Notes: generated by a model not told the origin, from the letters alone. DNA of 64,000 nt from an uncultured Chloroflexia bacterium (GCA_963797095.1 CAWCNY010000006.1:192001-256000); one strand, 5' to 3'; shown: positions 19,827-29,844, counted from the stretch's first letter. Numbers and translations are program-made.

Positions 19827-20399
19827 ATGCGAATGCTTGACAGCCATCCGTTTGGACTGCCTCGTTCCGGGCTGACCATGGTTGTTTGGGGCCTGGCGCT
19901 TCTTGTGGCGGGGGTAGTGAGCCAGTGGGTAAGCCTGCCCTATCCCGGTGGGTTCCTTGCGCTGTGGGGGGGTGCTACCGTGGTGGGCCTCGTTTTCCAG
20001 GGGCTGTGCCAGGCAAAGTACCAGCCTCTCAACTTCTACGTGTGGGTGAGCGCCATCGGCATTGGTTGGCTGTTCACTCTGTACGTGGTCTACAGTAACG
20101 GCAACCTGTATCCTGAGATCACGCCCGTGTGGTTCCTTTTGCTCGGCCTTGCTTATACACACACCGGGATGAAGATAAGCAATCGCTTTTATGCGCTCGC
20201 GGGCTTGCACTTCGTGCTGGCGATCATTTTTGAGCTGGTTGGTCGTGGCGTGATAACCGCAGATTTCCTGGTTGTCAATGGCGCGATTGTCTTTGGAGTG
20301 CTTGCCGGTACTAGTCTTTTGGTCGGCTCGGTTTACGCTCGTGTGCCGCTCAAGAGGCGACGTACGCCGCCCGATAGGAAGCTGTCAATGGAAACCTGA
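19827..20399 (+). CDS. Hypothetical integral membrane protein (about 6 TM)
   Basis: AGGAGG RBS, successive hydrophobic segments. Confidence 0.75.
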   Translation: MRMLDSHPFGLPRSGLTMVVWGLALLVAGVVSQWVSLPYPGGFLALWGGATVVGLVFQGLCQAKYQPLNFYVWVSAIGIGWLFTLYVVYSNGNLYPEITPVWFLLLGLAYTHTGMKISNRFYALAGLHFVLAIIFELVGRGVITADFLVVNGAIVFGVLAGTSLLVGSVYARVPLKRRRTPPDRKLSMET

Positions 20400-20513
20400 T
20401 AATGCCGAATTGTGGCCGTGAGTTATTGTATACTTACAAACGACAAAAGGCGGGCGGCAAGAAAGAAGGAGCGCAGCAAGGATATGATCATCACGGATAT
20501 GACGGAGGTTTAG

Positions 20514-20843
20514 ATGGCATACCGCGGTCGTGGTCTGGAGACGAGAGATATGAAGGCAGACGAGATCGCCCCGGACAGTTGCAAGACGGGGGTAGTGAAC
20601 GGTAAACAGGTGGCGATATTCAATATCGAGGGCACGTTGTACGCCACGCAGGCTGAGTGCACGCACCGGGGCGGCCCTCTGTGCGAGGGGTCTATCTGGG
20701 GCGGGGTGGTGACTTGCCCGTGGCACGGCTCCGAGTTCAATATCAAGACGGGCGAGGTGATTGAGGGTCCCGCAGATAAGCCGCTCCAGACGTACGAGGT
20801 CAGCGTGGAGGACGGCAAGATTGTTTTGAGGAGTGAGGAGTGA
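20514..20843 (+). CDS. Rieske [2Fe-2S] ferredoxin
   Basis: CTHRGGPL and CPWHGSEF motifs, GGAGG RBS. Confidence 0.92.
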   Translation: MAYRGRGLETRDMKADEIAPDSCKTGVVNGKQVAIFNIEGTLYATQAECTHRGGPLCEGSIWGGVVTCPWHGSEFNIKTGEVIEGPADKPLQTYEVSVEDGKIVLRSEE

Positions 20844-20928
20844 CGCGTGAGGAGTGACAAGTGACGCGTGACAAGTGACGCGTGTTCCTGGTTTCTGGTT
20901 CCTGGTTTTGGCTACTCGTCACTCGTCA
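20831..20928. repeat. Heptameric tandem-repeat element
   Basis: (GTGACGC/GTGAGGA/GTGACAA)n, then (GTTCCTG)n, then inverted (CTCGTCA)2. Confidence 0.8.
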
Positions 20929-20936
20929 GAATAGAT

Positions 20937-22094
20937 ATGACAGTTTCTTACTGGCAGGACAAATCTAGCGAGCACCTTATTGAGTGCGATGCGTGCGTGG
21001 TTGGGGCGGGCATTATCGGGCTGTATGTGGCCCGGTTGCTGGCATGGCAGGGACGGCGCACGATCGTGCTTGAGGGGCGGCACGTGGCTGCGGGGGCTTC
21101 GGGGCGGAATGCCGGGATGGTGCTGACAGGGGCGGCTCACCATTACTACGAAGCTATACGCATGTATGGGCGTGATATCGCGCGTGAGTTATGGAATATG
21201 AGCCTGCACAACCGCGAGATCGTGCGCGGGCTGTCGGAGGAGTTTGGCACGCCTTACGATGCTTGCGGGTCGCTGCTGCTGGCGCTTGATGATACGGAAG
21301 CGGAGGACCTTGAGCGCACGGCAGGTGCTATGCTCGATGATGGGATCACGGTGAAGTTCACGCACAAAGACCCGACCAAGAGGGGGTTCGCGGCTGCTAT
21401 CATCCAGCCTGGGGACGCTGGGATACACCCGGCGCGGTTTGCCGAGGCGCTGGCAGCCACTTGCGGGGCCGAACTGTGGGAGCAGTCGGAGGTGTTCGGG
21501 TGGGAGACGCTGCCCGATGGAAGGCTGGGGGTACGGTCGCGGCGGGTCACGGTGCGGTGCGAGATGATGGCGCTATGCACCAACTCTTATGCGCCGCTGA
21601 TGCACCCCTATTTTGTTGGGAAGGTGCAGCCGACACGCGGGCAGGCGTTCGTCACCGAGCCGATCGGGCATAGGGTGTTGAACCAGCTTTGCTACGCCGA
21701 TTACGGGTATGAGTATTTCCGGCAGTTGCCCGATGGGCGGTTCTTTCTGGGCGGGTGGCGTCACCACTTCCGCGATATGGAGGTGGGGTACGAGGATCGC
21801 ACTACGGAGGAGGTGCAAGGCGGGCTGAGAGGGTTTATGCAGAGGTATTTCCCGGATGTTGCGCAGGCGCGGATCTCGCACAAGTGGTCGGGCACTATGG
21901 GGTTTAGCGCGGACGCTATTCCGCTGGTGGGATCGCTGCCGGATGAGCCGAATGTGTTCTTCGCGGTGGGGTTCACGGGGCATGGGCTGGGGTTTGGGTT
22001 GGCGACCGCCGAGCGGTTGGCGGCGCGGATGCTGTACGGGCATGAGTTGGGGTTTTTGGATGCGCGGAGATTGGACGCGCCTGCTGAAGTGTGA
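20937..22094 (+). CDS. FAD-dependent oxidoreductase (DAO / PuuB-like)
   Basis: SYWQD, VVGAGIIG, GASGRNAG, WSGTMGFSADAIPLVG, GFTGHGLG. Confidence 0.9.
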   Translation: MTVSYWQDKSSEHLIECDACVVGAGIIGLYVARLLAWQGRRTIVLEGRHVAAGASGRNAGMVLTGAAHHYYEAIRMYGRDIARELWNMSLHNREIVRGLSEEFGTPYDACGSLLLALDDTEAEDLERTAGAMLDDGITVKFTHKDPTKRGFAAAIIQPGDAGIHPARFAEALAATCGAELWEQSEVFGWETLPDGRLGVRSRRVTVRCEMMALCTNSYAPLMHPYFVGKVQPTRGQAFVTEPIGHRVLNQLCYADYGYEYFRQLPDGRFFLGGWRHHFRDMEVGYEDRTTEEVQGGLRGFMQRYFPDVAQARISHKWSGTMGFSADAIPLVGSLPDEPNVFFAVGFTGHGLGFGLATAERLAARMLYGHELGFLDARRLDAPAEV

Positions 22095-22109
22095 TGAGGG
22101 ACGAGTGAG

Positions 22110-23117
22110 ATGAGTGCGGGGAATATGTCGGGGTGGCCGCAGGAGCTTGTGGATGTAGCGAAGAATTATGTTACTTGCGAGTTTGCTACGCTTACAAAGC
22201 GCAATACGCCTGTGACGTGGCCGCTTACCCCTTATTTGGGGGAGGATGGACGGACGGTCGATGTTTCGACGGGGTTGTCTTATCCGGCGAAGGCCGAGCG
22301 GGCACGGCGCAATCCGAAGGTGGGGGTGTTGTTCTCCGACCCGGTGGGATCGGGGTTGGAGAAGCCGCCTGTGGTGCTGGTACAGGGGCTGGCTACTGTG
22401 CGCGACCGCGATTTGCAGGCCGGATCTGACCGCTATGTGCGGCTCAATTTTGAGAAGTTACCGGAGACTTATAAGGGGCAGCCCGCGTTCGTGTTGAAGC
22501 GCCAGCAGTGGTATTTCACTCGCGCCTGGATACTGGTGACGCCGCTGAAGGTGATGTGGTGGCCGGGCGGGGATGCGGAAGTAAGCCCGGAGATTTGGAA
22601 CGCGCCGGAAGGGACGGTTGCGCCGCCTTCGGACCCTCCACCTTCGGGGCCTGCGCCCAAGCCGTGGAATAAGGAAGCCCCAGATTGGCATAAGGGGGCA
22701 GAGTTCGTGATGGCGAAGTTGGGTTTGCCTGTGCTGACGGTGGTGGACCGGGAGAGTGGATTCCCGGTGCCTTTTCGCGCTAAGGGCGTGAGGCTGACGT
22801 CTGAGGGTTTTAGCCTGGAGATGGCGAAGGGAATGCCTGTGGAGGCATCAGGGCCTGCTTGCCTGACCTTCCACGGTCACCCCGAAGTGTTTGTCAGCCA
22901 GCAGAACACGTCGTTTGTGGGCGAGGCTGTGGCCGGCGATGGGGGAGCTAGTTTCAGGGTTGAAAGGCAGTTGGGCGATTTCAGCCTGGGCACGTCAAAG
23001 CTGTCGGCGGCTGTGAATTTTGTGGTCGCGGGTTTTCGGCTGCGCCCGCACTTGCGCCGGGAGCTTGAACGCCGGGGTCAGCCGATGCCTAGGGTTAATT
23101 TGCCTGGTAGTCGGTAG
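22110..23117 (+). CDS. Pyridoxamine 5'-phosphate oxidase-like (split-barrel flavin/F420-binding) protein
   Basis: CEFATL...PVTWP, KAERARRNPKVGVLF, VLVQG.A.V, plus a second degenerate barrel. Confidence 0.75.
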   Translation: MSAGNMSGWPQELVDVAKNYVTCEFATLTKRNTPVTWPLTPYLGEDGRTVDVSTGLSYPAKAERARRNPKVGVLFSDPVGSGLEKPPVVLVQGLATVRDRDLQAGSDRYVRLNFEKLPETYKGQPAFVLKRQQWYFTRAWILVTPLKVMWWPGGDAEVSPEIWNAPEGTVAPPSDPPPSGPAPKPWNKEAPDWHKGAEFVMAKLGLPVLTVVDRESGFPVPFRAKGVRLTSEGFSLEMAKGMPVEASGPACLTFHGHPEVFVSQQNTSFVGEAVAGDGGASFRVERQLGDFSLGTSKLSAAVNFVVAGFRLRPHLRRELERRGQPMPRVNLPGSR

Positions 23118-23213
23118 TCGGTAGTCGGAGGAGGTAGTTCCAAGTTCCTGGTTCCAAGTTCCAAGTTCCTGGTTCCTGAGTTCTGATTGTTGAATACCGA
23201 CTACCGACTACCG
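23106..23213. repeat. Heptameric tandem-repeat element between convergent genes
   Basis: (GGTAGTC)3 - (GTTCCAA/GTTCCTG)6 - inverted (TACCGAC)2. Confidence 0.85.
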
Positions 23214-23216
23214 TTG

Positions 23217-23855
23217 TTACGCCCTTACCAGCGGGGTGTCTACCAGGTGCTCGGCTATGAACCAGACCTGTAGCTCGTTGGTGCGGAGCACGTCGCTCAT
23301 TAGCAGGTCGTTGGTGCCCCAATCCTTGTTCTTCTCGGTGTCCTCTATTGCCTCGCGCACTTCGGAGATGATGGTTTCGTGGGCGTCCAGAAGGCGGGAG
23401 ATCATGGCGGGTACTTCCTCGCGACCATTTGGGGGGCGTCCGATCCTGGTGATCTCGGCCACATGGCGCGGGTCGGCTATGGCGATGCCTCCGAGGAGTT
23501 GCACGCGCTCGGCGAGCATGTCCACCAGTTCAAGCTGCTCACCTGCGTGCTTGTCGAAGAGGAGATGCAACTGGTAGAAGGTATGGCCCGTAACGAGCCA
23601 GTGATGCTTCTTGTAGAGATTGTAGAGGATGATGGTGTCGGCCAGCACCTGGTTCAGGAGGTCGCAACTCTGGGATCTCGCTTTTTGGGGCAGGGCGATA
23701 GGCAGGTCACGAAGGGTGCCATAGCGCTGTATCTCTTTGCTTGACTGGTCCAGCAGGGGTTGGGCGTCGTTGACGTGCCTGTTGGGGCCGCTGCCTACAC
23801 CTTCTCGGGTGCGTGCGCCATCGTTTGTGGTGGTCTTAGTGTTTCTCGTAGCCAC
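23217..23855 (-). CDS. dps: DNA starvation/stationary-phase protection protein
   Basis: KKHHWLVTGHTFYQLHLLFD...DMLAERVQLLGG ferroxidase motifs. Probable GTG start at 23855 after GAGGGAG. Confidence 0.92.
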   Translation of the reverse strand: MATRNTKTTTNDGARTREGVGSGPNRHVNDAQPLLDQSSKEIQRYGTLRDLPIALPQKARSQSCDLLNQVLADTIILYNLYKKHHWLVTGHTFYQLHLLFDKHAGEQLELVDMLAERVQLLGGIAIADPRHVAEITRIGRPPNGREEVPAMISRLLDAHETIISEVREAIEDTEKNKDWGTNDLLMSDVLRTNELQVWFIAEHLVDTPLVRA

Positions 23856-24082
23856 TTCAGTACTCCCTCTTTCACAATTATTCTTCTCGCTTTGAAGTTC
23901 CAATTCCTGGCGCATGGGAGCTAGACTGAAGAGGCTGTAGAACGTAGTGGTGTGGCGGCCTCTTCCAACCTAGCAGGGTGTAAGAAGCAAATAGCGTGCC
24001 AATGGGGCCAGTAGGGTGAAATTATCCACATTTGCGCCAGGCTTTACCAACCCCTTATAATTGAATAGAGGCTCATTTCTGC

Positions 24083-24637
24083 ATGATCACATTGACAACT
24101 ATTATCGCGGTGTTGCGTGGGGGCACCGTGACGATGGCCGGGGACGGCCAGGTCACCATCGGCGACGTGGTGATGAAACATTCAGCCCGCAAGATCCGCA
24201 CGTTGTACAAAGGTCATGTGTTGGCGGGCTTCGCGGGTGCTGTGGCTGACGCGCTCGCTTTATTCGAGAAGTTTGAATCCCAGCTTGAACGCAACAAAGG
24301 CAACCTGAGGAAGAGCGCCGTCGATCTCACGAAGGAGTGGCGCACCGACAGGTATTTGCGCCGCCTGGAGGCGCAACTGCTCGTAGCCGACCCCGATGGG
24401 CTGCTCGTGCTGTCGGGTGACGGTGAGGTGATAGAGCCTGATGACGGGGTTGCTGCCATAGGCTCAGGCTCGCCGTATGCGCTGGCCGCCGCTCGCGCCC
24501 TGTTGAAGCATACCGAGCTAGGTGCGGAGGAGATAGCACGCTCGGCAATGCAGATCGCCGGAGATCTGGATATATATACGAATAGCAATATAGCGTTTTT
24601 TACGCTTCCAAATGGCTCGGTGACGAGTGACGAATAA
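24083..24637 (+). CDS. hslV: ATP-dependent protease peptidase subunit
   Basis: TTIIAV...[39 protein letters not shown]. Confidence 0.97.
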   Translation: MITLTTIIAVLRGGTVTMAGDGQVTIGDVVMKHSARKIRTLYKGHVLAGFAGAVADALALFEKFESQLERNKGNLRKSAVDLTKEWRTDRYLRRLEAQLLVADPDGLLVLSGDGEVIEPDDGVAAIGSGSPYALAAARALLKHTELGAEEIARSAMQIAGDLDIYTNSNIAFFTLPNGSVTSDE

Positions 24638-24680
24638 AGTGGTCACTCGTCAAAGAAAACTAGCAAGCGAGGTATAAGCG

Positions 24681-26183
24681 ATGCAAGACCTCACACCCCG
24701 CCAGATCGTGGCGGAACTTGACAAGTATATAGTAGGACAGGACGCCGCCAAGCGGGCGGTGGCCGTGGCCTTGCGCAACCGTGTGCGGCGCGAACGTGTT
24801 TCCGAGGATATGCGTGACGAGATCACACCCAAGAACATGATGATGATCGGGCCGACCGGCGTGGGCAAGACTGAGATCGCCCGGCGCGTGGCAAAACTCA
24901 TCGACGCACCTTTTGTCAAGGTGGAGGCAACCAAATTCACCGAGGTGGGGTACGTGGGCCGCGATGTCGACTCGATCGTGCGCGACCTTGCGGAGTCGGC
25001 ATTCAGGCTGGAGTACGATAACAGGCTGGCCGAGGTGCGCGCCCGCGCCGAGGTGCTTGCCAACGAGCGTATCATCAACTACCTGCTGGAGCAGAGAGCC
25101 GATCTGCATAGCGGCAAGCGGTCGCGGCAGGCGCGGGCCAAGCTACAGGCCCAGGCGCAGGCAGGCGGTGAGGCAATCGCCGTGGCCGAAGAGGCTCCAA
25201 TGCCGAATCCGGGGCCGGTAGCAGTGGAATCTGCTCAGCAACCTGTATCCGAGCGTGCCCTCAAGATCCAACGCCGCAAGTTGACTCGGCTGCTGTCCGA
25301 GCACAAGCTGGACGAGGAGCAAATCGAGATAGACGCCGGTGATGGCGACCTGGGTGATGATTTGAGCGGGGTGCTTGAGTTTTCGCCGGGAATGTCGGCT
25401 GAAGAAATGAGCGACTCGTTCAATGAGTTCCTGGATGGGTATAGATCTATCCAGTCGGATATCAGGAATTTCTCGGCGCGAAAGCGGATGAGGCGGGTGT
25501 CGGTGCGCGAGGCGCAGAGGATATTGACGGAAGAGGAGTTGAGCAAATTGCTCGATATGGATACCATTGTGGACAATGCGATTCGTAGAGCCGAGCAATC
25601 GGGCGTGGTGTTCATAGACGAGTTGGACAAGCTGGCGGGTCCTCCGAGCGAGACCGGACCGGATGTATCGGGGATGGGCGTGCAGCGCGATCTCCTTCCT
25701 ATTGTAGAGGGATCGACTGTGCAGACGCGCTATGGACCGCTGAAGACCGACCATGTGCTGTTCATCGCGGCAGGAGCGTTCCACTCGGCCAAGCCTTCGG
25801 ACCTGATACCGGAGCTTCAGGGCCGGTTCCCGTTGCGGGTTGAGCTTGGGAGCCTGAACCGGGCGCAATTGACCTCGATCCTGACCGAGCCTCAGAACTC
25901 GCTCACACGGCAGTACGAGGCGTTGCTCGAAACCGAGGATGTAAAATTAGAGTTCACCGATGATGGGCTTAAGCGGATCGCCGAGGTGGCATCGGACTTG
26001 AACGAACGCGGGGAGGATATCGGGGCGCGCCGCCTGCACACACTGATGGAGCAGGTGTTGGAGGAGGTGGCGTTCAACGCCGAGGACTTCGCCGGCAAGA
26101 CGATAGTGGTGGATAGCGAGTATGTGGATAGCCGCGTCAAGACTATCGTCCTTGACGAGGACCTGAGCAGGTTCATACTCTAG
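24681..26183 (+). CDS. hslU: ATP-dependent protease ATPase subunit
   Basis: LTPRQIVAELDKYIVGQ, GPTGVGKTEIARR, KVEATKFTEVGYVGRD, GVQRDLLP, PELQGRFP, IGARRL, DLSRFIL. Confidence 0.97.
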   Translation: MQDLTPRQIVAELDKYIVGQDAAKRAVAVALRNRVRRERVSEDMRDEITPKNMMMIGPTGVGKTEIARRVAKLIDAPFVKVEATKFTEVGYVGRDVDSIVRDLAESAFRLEYDNRLAEVRARAEVLANERIINYLLEQRADLHSGKRSRQARAKLQAQAQAGGEAIAVAEEAPMPNPGPVAVESAQQPVSERALKIQRRKLTRLLSEHKLDEEQIEIDAGDGDLGDDLSGVLEFSPGMSAEEMSDSFNEFLDGYRSIQSDIRNFSARKRMRRVSVREAQRILTEEELSKLLDMDTIVDNAIRRAEQSGVVFIDELDKLAGPPSETGPDVSGMGVQRDLLPIVEGSTVQTRYGPLKTDHVLFIAAGAFHSAKPSDLIPELQGRFPLRVELGSLNRAQLTSILTEPQNSLTRQYEALLETEDVKLEFTDDGLKRIAEVASDLNERGEDIGARRLHTLMEQVLEEVAFNAEDFAGKTIVVDSEYVDSRVKTIVLDEDLSRFIL

Positions 26184-26193
26184 AAGGGGCTAT

Positions 26194-26240
26194 TATAAAG
26201 AACAAAGGAGGCGGCTTGGCCGCCTCCTTTGTTCTTTATA
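26194..26240 (+). terminator. Intrinsic terminator after hslU
   Basis: Perfect 22-bp stem TATAAAGAACAAAGGAGGCGGC-TTG-GCCGCCTCCTTTGTTCTTTATA. Confidence 0.85.
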
Positions 26241-26276
26241 GGTCACTGCTATGGCCGCTTAACTATGGCAAAACCG

Positions 26277-26305
26277 TTGACAAACCTTGATCCGTACTCT
26301 ATTAT
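26277..26305 (+). promoter_or_regulatory. sigma70 promoter of the CarH-like gene
   Basis: TTGACA-17 bp-TATTAT. Confidence 0.7.
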
Positions 26306-26354
26306 AGGTTGAGATGATTATGGGTTGAGATGGACGCTTAGAGTGGTGGTACCT

Positions 26355-27347
26355 TTGGATTCTCAGCGAAACGCCCCGGTATACAACATTAAAGCAGTGG
26401 TGAGGTTGACAGGTGTGCCTGCCGACACGCTTCGTCGATGGGAGAGCCGTTATGGTGTTGTCGTGCCTCAGCGCACCGATAGCGGGTATAGGCTCTATTC
26501 ACAGCACGATGTGGATACGATTCTGTGGTTGAAGGGCAAGCTGGAGGATGGCCTTTCGATCAGCAGCGCCTGCGAGATGTTGCGCCAGATGGGCAGAGAG
26601 CCATATCACGAGGGTGGGACCAATGTGGCTGTTGGTGCCTCAGGTAGCAATCGTGACACCATTGCGCAGGATGTGAGCGCGCCTGTGCGCTCGGTCGAAG
26701 CATTGCGTGAGGAGTTGCTGGATGGGTTCCGCTCTGTAGATGAGGAGCGGGCAGGACGTGTGCTGAACGAGGCGATTGGCCTCTACCCTGTTGATGATGT
26801 GTGCCTGGATATTATTCAGCCTGCGCTGGTGGAGATTGGCGAGTTGTGGCTGGAAGGCAAAGTGTCGGTGGCGGTTGAGCATTTTGCTTCGTCCTTCGTG
26901 CGGTCGAGGCTGGCTAACCTGTTCCACTCAAGCCCGCATAGTCTTTATGGGCCTCTGGTACTGGTGGGGTGCGCCCCTGAGGAATATCACGAACTTGGAG
27001 CTATGTTCCTGGCGTTGTTCCTGAGGCGGGCGGGGTTTCGGGTGGTTTATCTGGGCCAGAATGTGCCGCTGGAGAGTTTGCGTGGTATGATACAGACCAT
27101 GAAGCCGGATGGGGTTTGTATTTCAGCCACGCGTGCCGAGACTGCGTCTTCCCTCTACCAGTTGAGTGAGCTAATAGATGCGGCGACGAATGAGGGTGGA
27201 TATACACCTGTCATCGCCTACGGTGGGCGGGCGTTCAATAAGTCACCCGATATCACGGAGCGCCTGGGTGGCATTTACCTGGGCAAGGACGCACGAGCGG
27301 CGGTGCAGAAACTGTCGGAGAGCCTGCACCCCGGACGAGTTCACTAA
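26355..27347 (+). CDS. MerR-HTH + B12-binding regulator (CarH/LitR-like)
   Basis: YNIKAV...TLRRWESRYG..P.RT.SGYRLYS, W...VSVAVEHFAS, EYHELGA...YLGQNVP. Confidence 0.9.
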   Translation: MDSQRNAPVYNIKAVVRLTGVPADTLRRWESRYGVVVPQRTDSGYRLYSQHDVDTILWLKGKLEDGLSISSACEMLRQMGREPYHEGGTNVAVGASGSNRDTIAQDVSAPVRSVEALREELLDGFRSVDEERAGRVLNEAIGLYPVDDVCLDIIQPALVEIGELWLEGKVSVAVEHFASSFVRSRLANLFHSSPHSLYGPLVLVGCAPEEYHELGAMFLALFLRRAGFRVVYLGQNVPLESLRGMIQTMKPDGVCISATRAETASSLYQLSELIDAATNEGGYTPVIAYGGRAFNKSPDITERLGGIYLGKDARAAVQKLSESLHPGRVH

Positions 27348-27349
27348 AG

Positions 27350-28294
27350 ATGGCTAACTCCACGATTTTGTACGCTTGCACCCACGATGGGCTGGCGATA
27401 TTCAATAAGCCTGGCACGCTGCCTGAGTGGCTGCCTCCCCGCATGGTGCTGAAGGGGCAGGAGGTGACTTCTGCGTGGGCCGAGCCGGGGCCTCCTATTC
27501 GGGTGCTGGCGGCTGTGGACGGCTCGATCATGGCGAGCGAGAACGGGGGCAGGACGTGGGAGGCGGCAGGGCCTAAAGTCGCGGGCAGAGCTTCGACTTT
27601 TATGTCGATCTTCTATGTGGCCGATGCGGAGACGTTGTTTGCTGTGCAGTATGACGGTGGGTTGTGGAAGTCGGTGGACGGCGGGGGCAGCTGGGGGAAA
27701 CTGGCTTCGCTACCTGCCGAGGGGTGCGTGCTGGCGCTGGAGCCCGCTGCGGGAGCGGTGGGGGAGTTCTATGCGCTGGTGGGCGAGAGCGAGGGGACGG
27801 CGCTGTACGTGGGCAACCCTGATAGCGGGCGGTGGACGGCGGTGGGTGATGATGGCTTGCGCGACCTTGAACTGGTTACGATTGGGCAGGCCGGGGATCA
27901 GGGTTTGTACGGCCTCACGCCTTCGGGCATTGTGGGCATTGAGGCGGGAGAGGAAGCAGGGCGGGTGGCGATCACGCCGCGAGGCGCTGCGCCGGGGGAC
28001 GGGCAGGCGCTGGCGGTGATACCGGGCGCGGTTTCTATGCACCCGGCACTGGTGGTGGGTACTCAGGCGGGAATTGGGGTCAGCCCGGATGGTGGGCTTA
28101 CTTGGAACACGCCGGGATTGCCTCATGGTGGGGGCGTGACGGTGTTCGCACGCGATCCTGAGCGGCGGGACAGGTTGTATGCGGCGGTTGGTGGGGGTTA
28201 TTTGCTGGAGAGCGGCAACCGGGGCGCAGACTGGCAGGAGATCAATGCGAAGCCTGTGGGGCCTGTTGGGTATTTGTTCGTCTTGCGGATTTAG
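27350..28294 (+). CDS. BNR/Asp-box repeat beta-propeller protein
   Basis: SENGGRTW, SVDGGGSW, SPDGGLTW, SGNRGADW. Confidence 0.8.
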   Translation: MANSTILYACTHDGLAIFNKPGTLPEWLPPRMVLKGQEVTSAWAEPGPPIRVLAAVDGSIMASENGGRTWEAAGPKVAGRASTFMSIFYVADAETLFAVQYDGGLWKSVDGGGSWGKLASLPAEGCVLALEPAAGAVGEFYALVGESEGTALYVGNPDSGRWTAVGDDGLRDLELVTIGQAGDQGLYGLTPSGIVGIEAGEEAGRVAITPRGAAPGDGQALAVIPGAVSMHPALVVGTQAGIGVSPDGGLTWNTPGLPHGGGVTVFARDPERRDRLYAAVGGGYLLESGNRGADWQEINAKPVGPVGYLFVLRI

Positions 28295-28308
28295 CATCCT
28301 GTTTCAAT

Positions 28309-28332
28309 AGGTGAGTCGCGTCTCGCCCCTAC
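28309..28332 (-). repeat. GTAG-class REP-like palindrome between convergent genes
   Basis: Minus strand GTAG-GGGCGAG-ACGCGA-CTCACCT. Confidence 0.5.
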
Positions 28333-28356
28333 AAGTATGAGAGTGTATATTGCGGG

Positions 28357-29730
28357 CTATTTTCTGCGGGTGAGACCGCGGCTTACGGGTTCGCCATGGG
28401 GGCTTAGGAGCCACTCTTTGTCTGTGATGAGGCGGACGCCGCGCTCGTAGGTGAAATAGTTGAAGGCCCAGTTGATCAGGACGATCACGCGGTTGCGGAA
28501 GCCCACCAGGTACATCAGGTGGATGAAGAGCCAGCCGAACCAGGCTAGGCGCCCGCTCAGCTTAAACCCGAAGGCATCGAGTACGGCGGCCCGCCTGCCG
28601 ATGGTTGCCATGGTGCCTTTGTCGAAGTAGCGGAAGGCGCGCACCTTGCGGCCTCTGGTGCGGGCGAGGATGTTCTTGGCGGCCCACTTGCCCTGCTGGA
28701 TGGCTACGGGGGCAAGCATCGGGTAAGCCTGATTGTCTTTGTAGCCTTCGAGGTAGGCCATATCGCCGATCACGAACACTTCGGGATGGTCGGGAATGTT
28801 GAGGGTGGGGAGGATCTTCACCCTACCGCCTTTTGCGCTATCTGCCTGGAGGGCATTTGCTAGCTCGGCGGCCTTCACGCCTGCCGCCCAGACTACCACG
28901 CTTGCCTGTAACTCTTCGCCACCCTTGAAGGTGATGCGGCTATTGTTGACCGACTCCACGGGAGCCTGGAGTTTTAGCTCGACGCCCATGCTCTGGAGGC
29001 GCTTTTTGGCGGCTGCCTGGAGAGAATCGGGGAAGGCCGCAAGGATGCGGTCGGTGGCCTCTACGAGGATCACGCGGGCCTGGGCAATATCGAGCATGGG
29101 GTAGTCCCTGCGGAGCACATGCTGGATCAGTTCGCGGAAAGCGCCCGCAAGCTCCACACCTGTTGGGCCGCCTCCGATTATCACGAGGGTCATCAGGTCG
29201 CGCCTGCGCTGCGGGTCGTGCTCGTGGACCGCCTGCTCGAAATTGTAGAGGAGGCGGTTGCGGAGTCGCTCGGCCTCGTCGATATCTTTGAGGCCGTAGG
29301 TTTGCCAGGCGAGTGCGTCGTTGCCGAAGTAGTTGTTGGCGCTGCCCGCTGCCACTACGAGATAATCATAAGAATAGGTAGATGTGTCGGTGTAGACCAG
29401 GCGCTTGTCGAGATCGATGCGCTCGACGTTTGCCATCTGGAAATCGACGTTTTCATATTTGCGGAAAATGGCGCGCACCGGGTAGGCGATAGCTTCCTCT
29501 TCTAGTCCGGCGGTGGCTACCTGGTAGAGGAGGGGCCAGAAGCCGTGGTAGTTGTTGCGGTCAAGGATAAGCACATCAACGTCTTTGTTACCCAGCTCGC
29601 GCGCGGCGTTGATGCCGCCGAAGCCCGCGCCGATGACTAGCACGCGAGGGCGCGTGGTGCGCTTTGCCTCAACAGTTTCCGGCGTTTGCGCTACAATATC
29701 GCGTGTGGGTCTTTCGATTGTGGTATTCAT
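28357..29730 (-). CDS. ndh: Type II NADH dehydrogenase
   Basis: VIGAGFGG, PLLYQVAT, IIGGGPTGVELAG, VWAAGV, VFVIGD, APVAIQQG, YFDKGTMATIGR. Confidence 0.9.
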   Translation of the reverse strand: MNTTIERPTRDIVAQTPETVEAKRTTRPRVLVIGAGFGGINAARELGNKDVDVLILDRNNYHGFWPLLYQVATAGLEEEAIAYPVRAIFRKYENVDFQMANVERIDLDKRLVYTDTSTYSYDYLVVAAGSANNYFGNDALAWQTYGLKDIDEAERLRNRLLYNFEQAVHEHDPQRRRDLMTLVIIGGGPTGVELAGAFRELIQHVLRRDYPMLDIAQARVILVEATDRILAAFPDSLQAAAKKRLQSMGVELKLQAPVESVNNSRITFKGGEELQASVVVWAAGVKAAELANALQADSAKGGRVKILPTLNIPDHPEVFVIGDMAYLEGYKDNQAYPMLAPVAIQQGKWAAKNILARTRGRKVRAFRYFDKGTMATIGRRAAVLDAFGFKLSGRLAWFGWLFIHLMYLVGFRNRVIVLINWAFNYFTYERGVRLITDKEWLLSPHGEPVSRGLTRRK

Positions 29731-29798
29731 TTTGATGCCTCCGTTACCCGAAGGTGGGTTATCCCGTATACTTTAACGATGTTTCCACCTCCAATTCA

Positions 29799-29827
29799 AT
29801 AATACGTGAAATATTTCACAAAGTCAA
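29799..29827 (-). promoter_or_regulatory. ndh promoter with a Rex operator as its spacer
   Basis: Minus strand TTGACT-[TTGTGAAATATTTCACG]-TATTAT. The spacer matches the Rex consensus TTGTGAA-N4-TTCACAA. Confidence 0.8.
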
Positions 29828-29844
29828 TACATCTTGAGAAGGAT

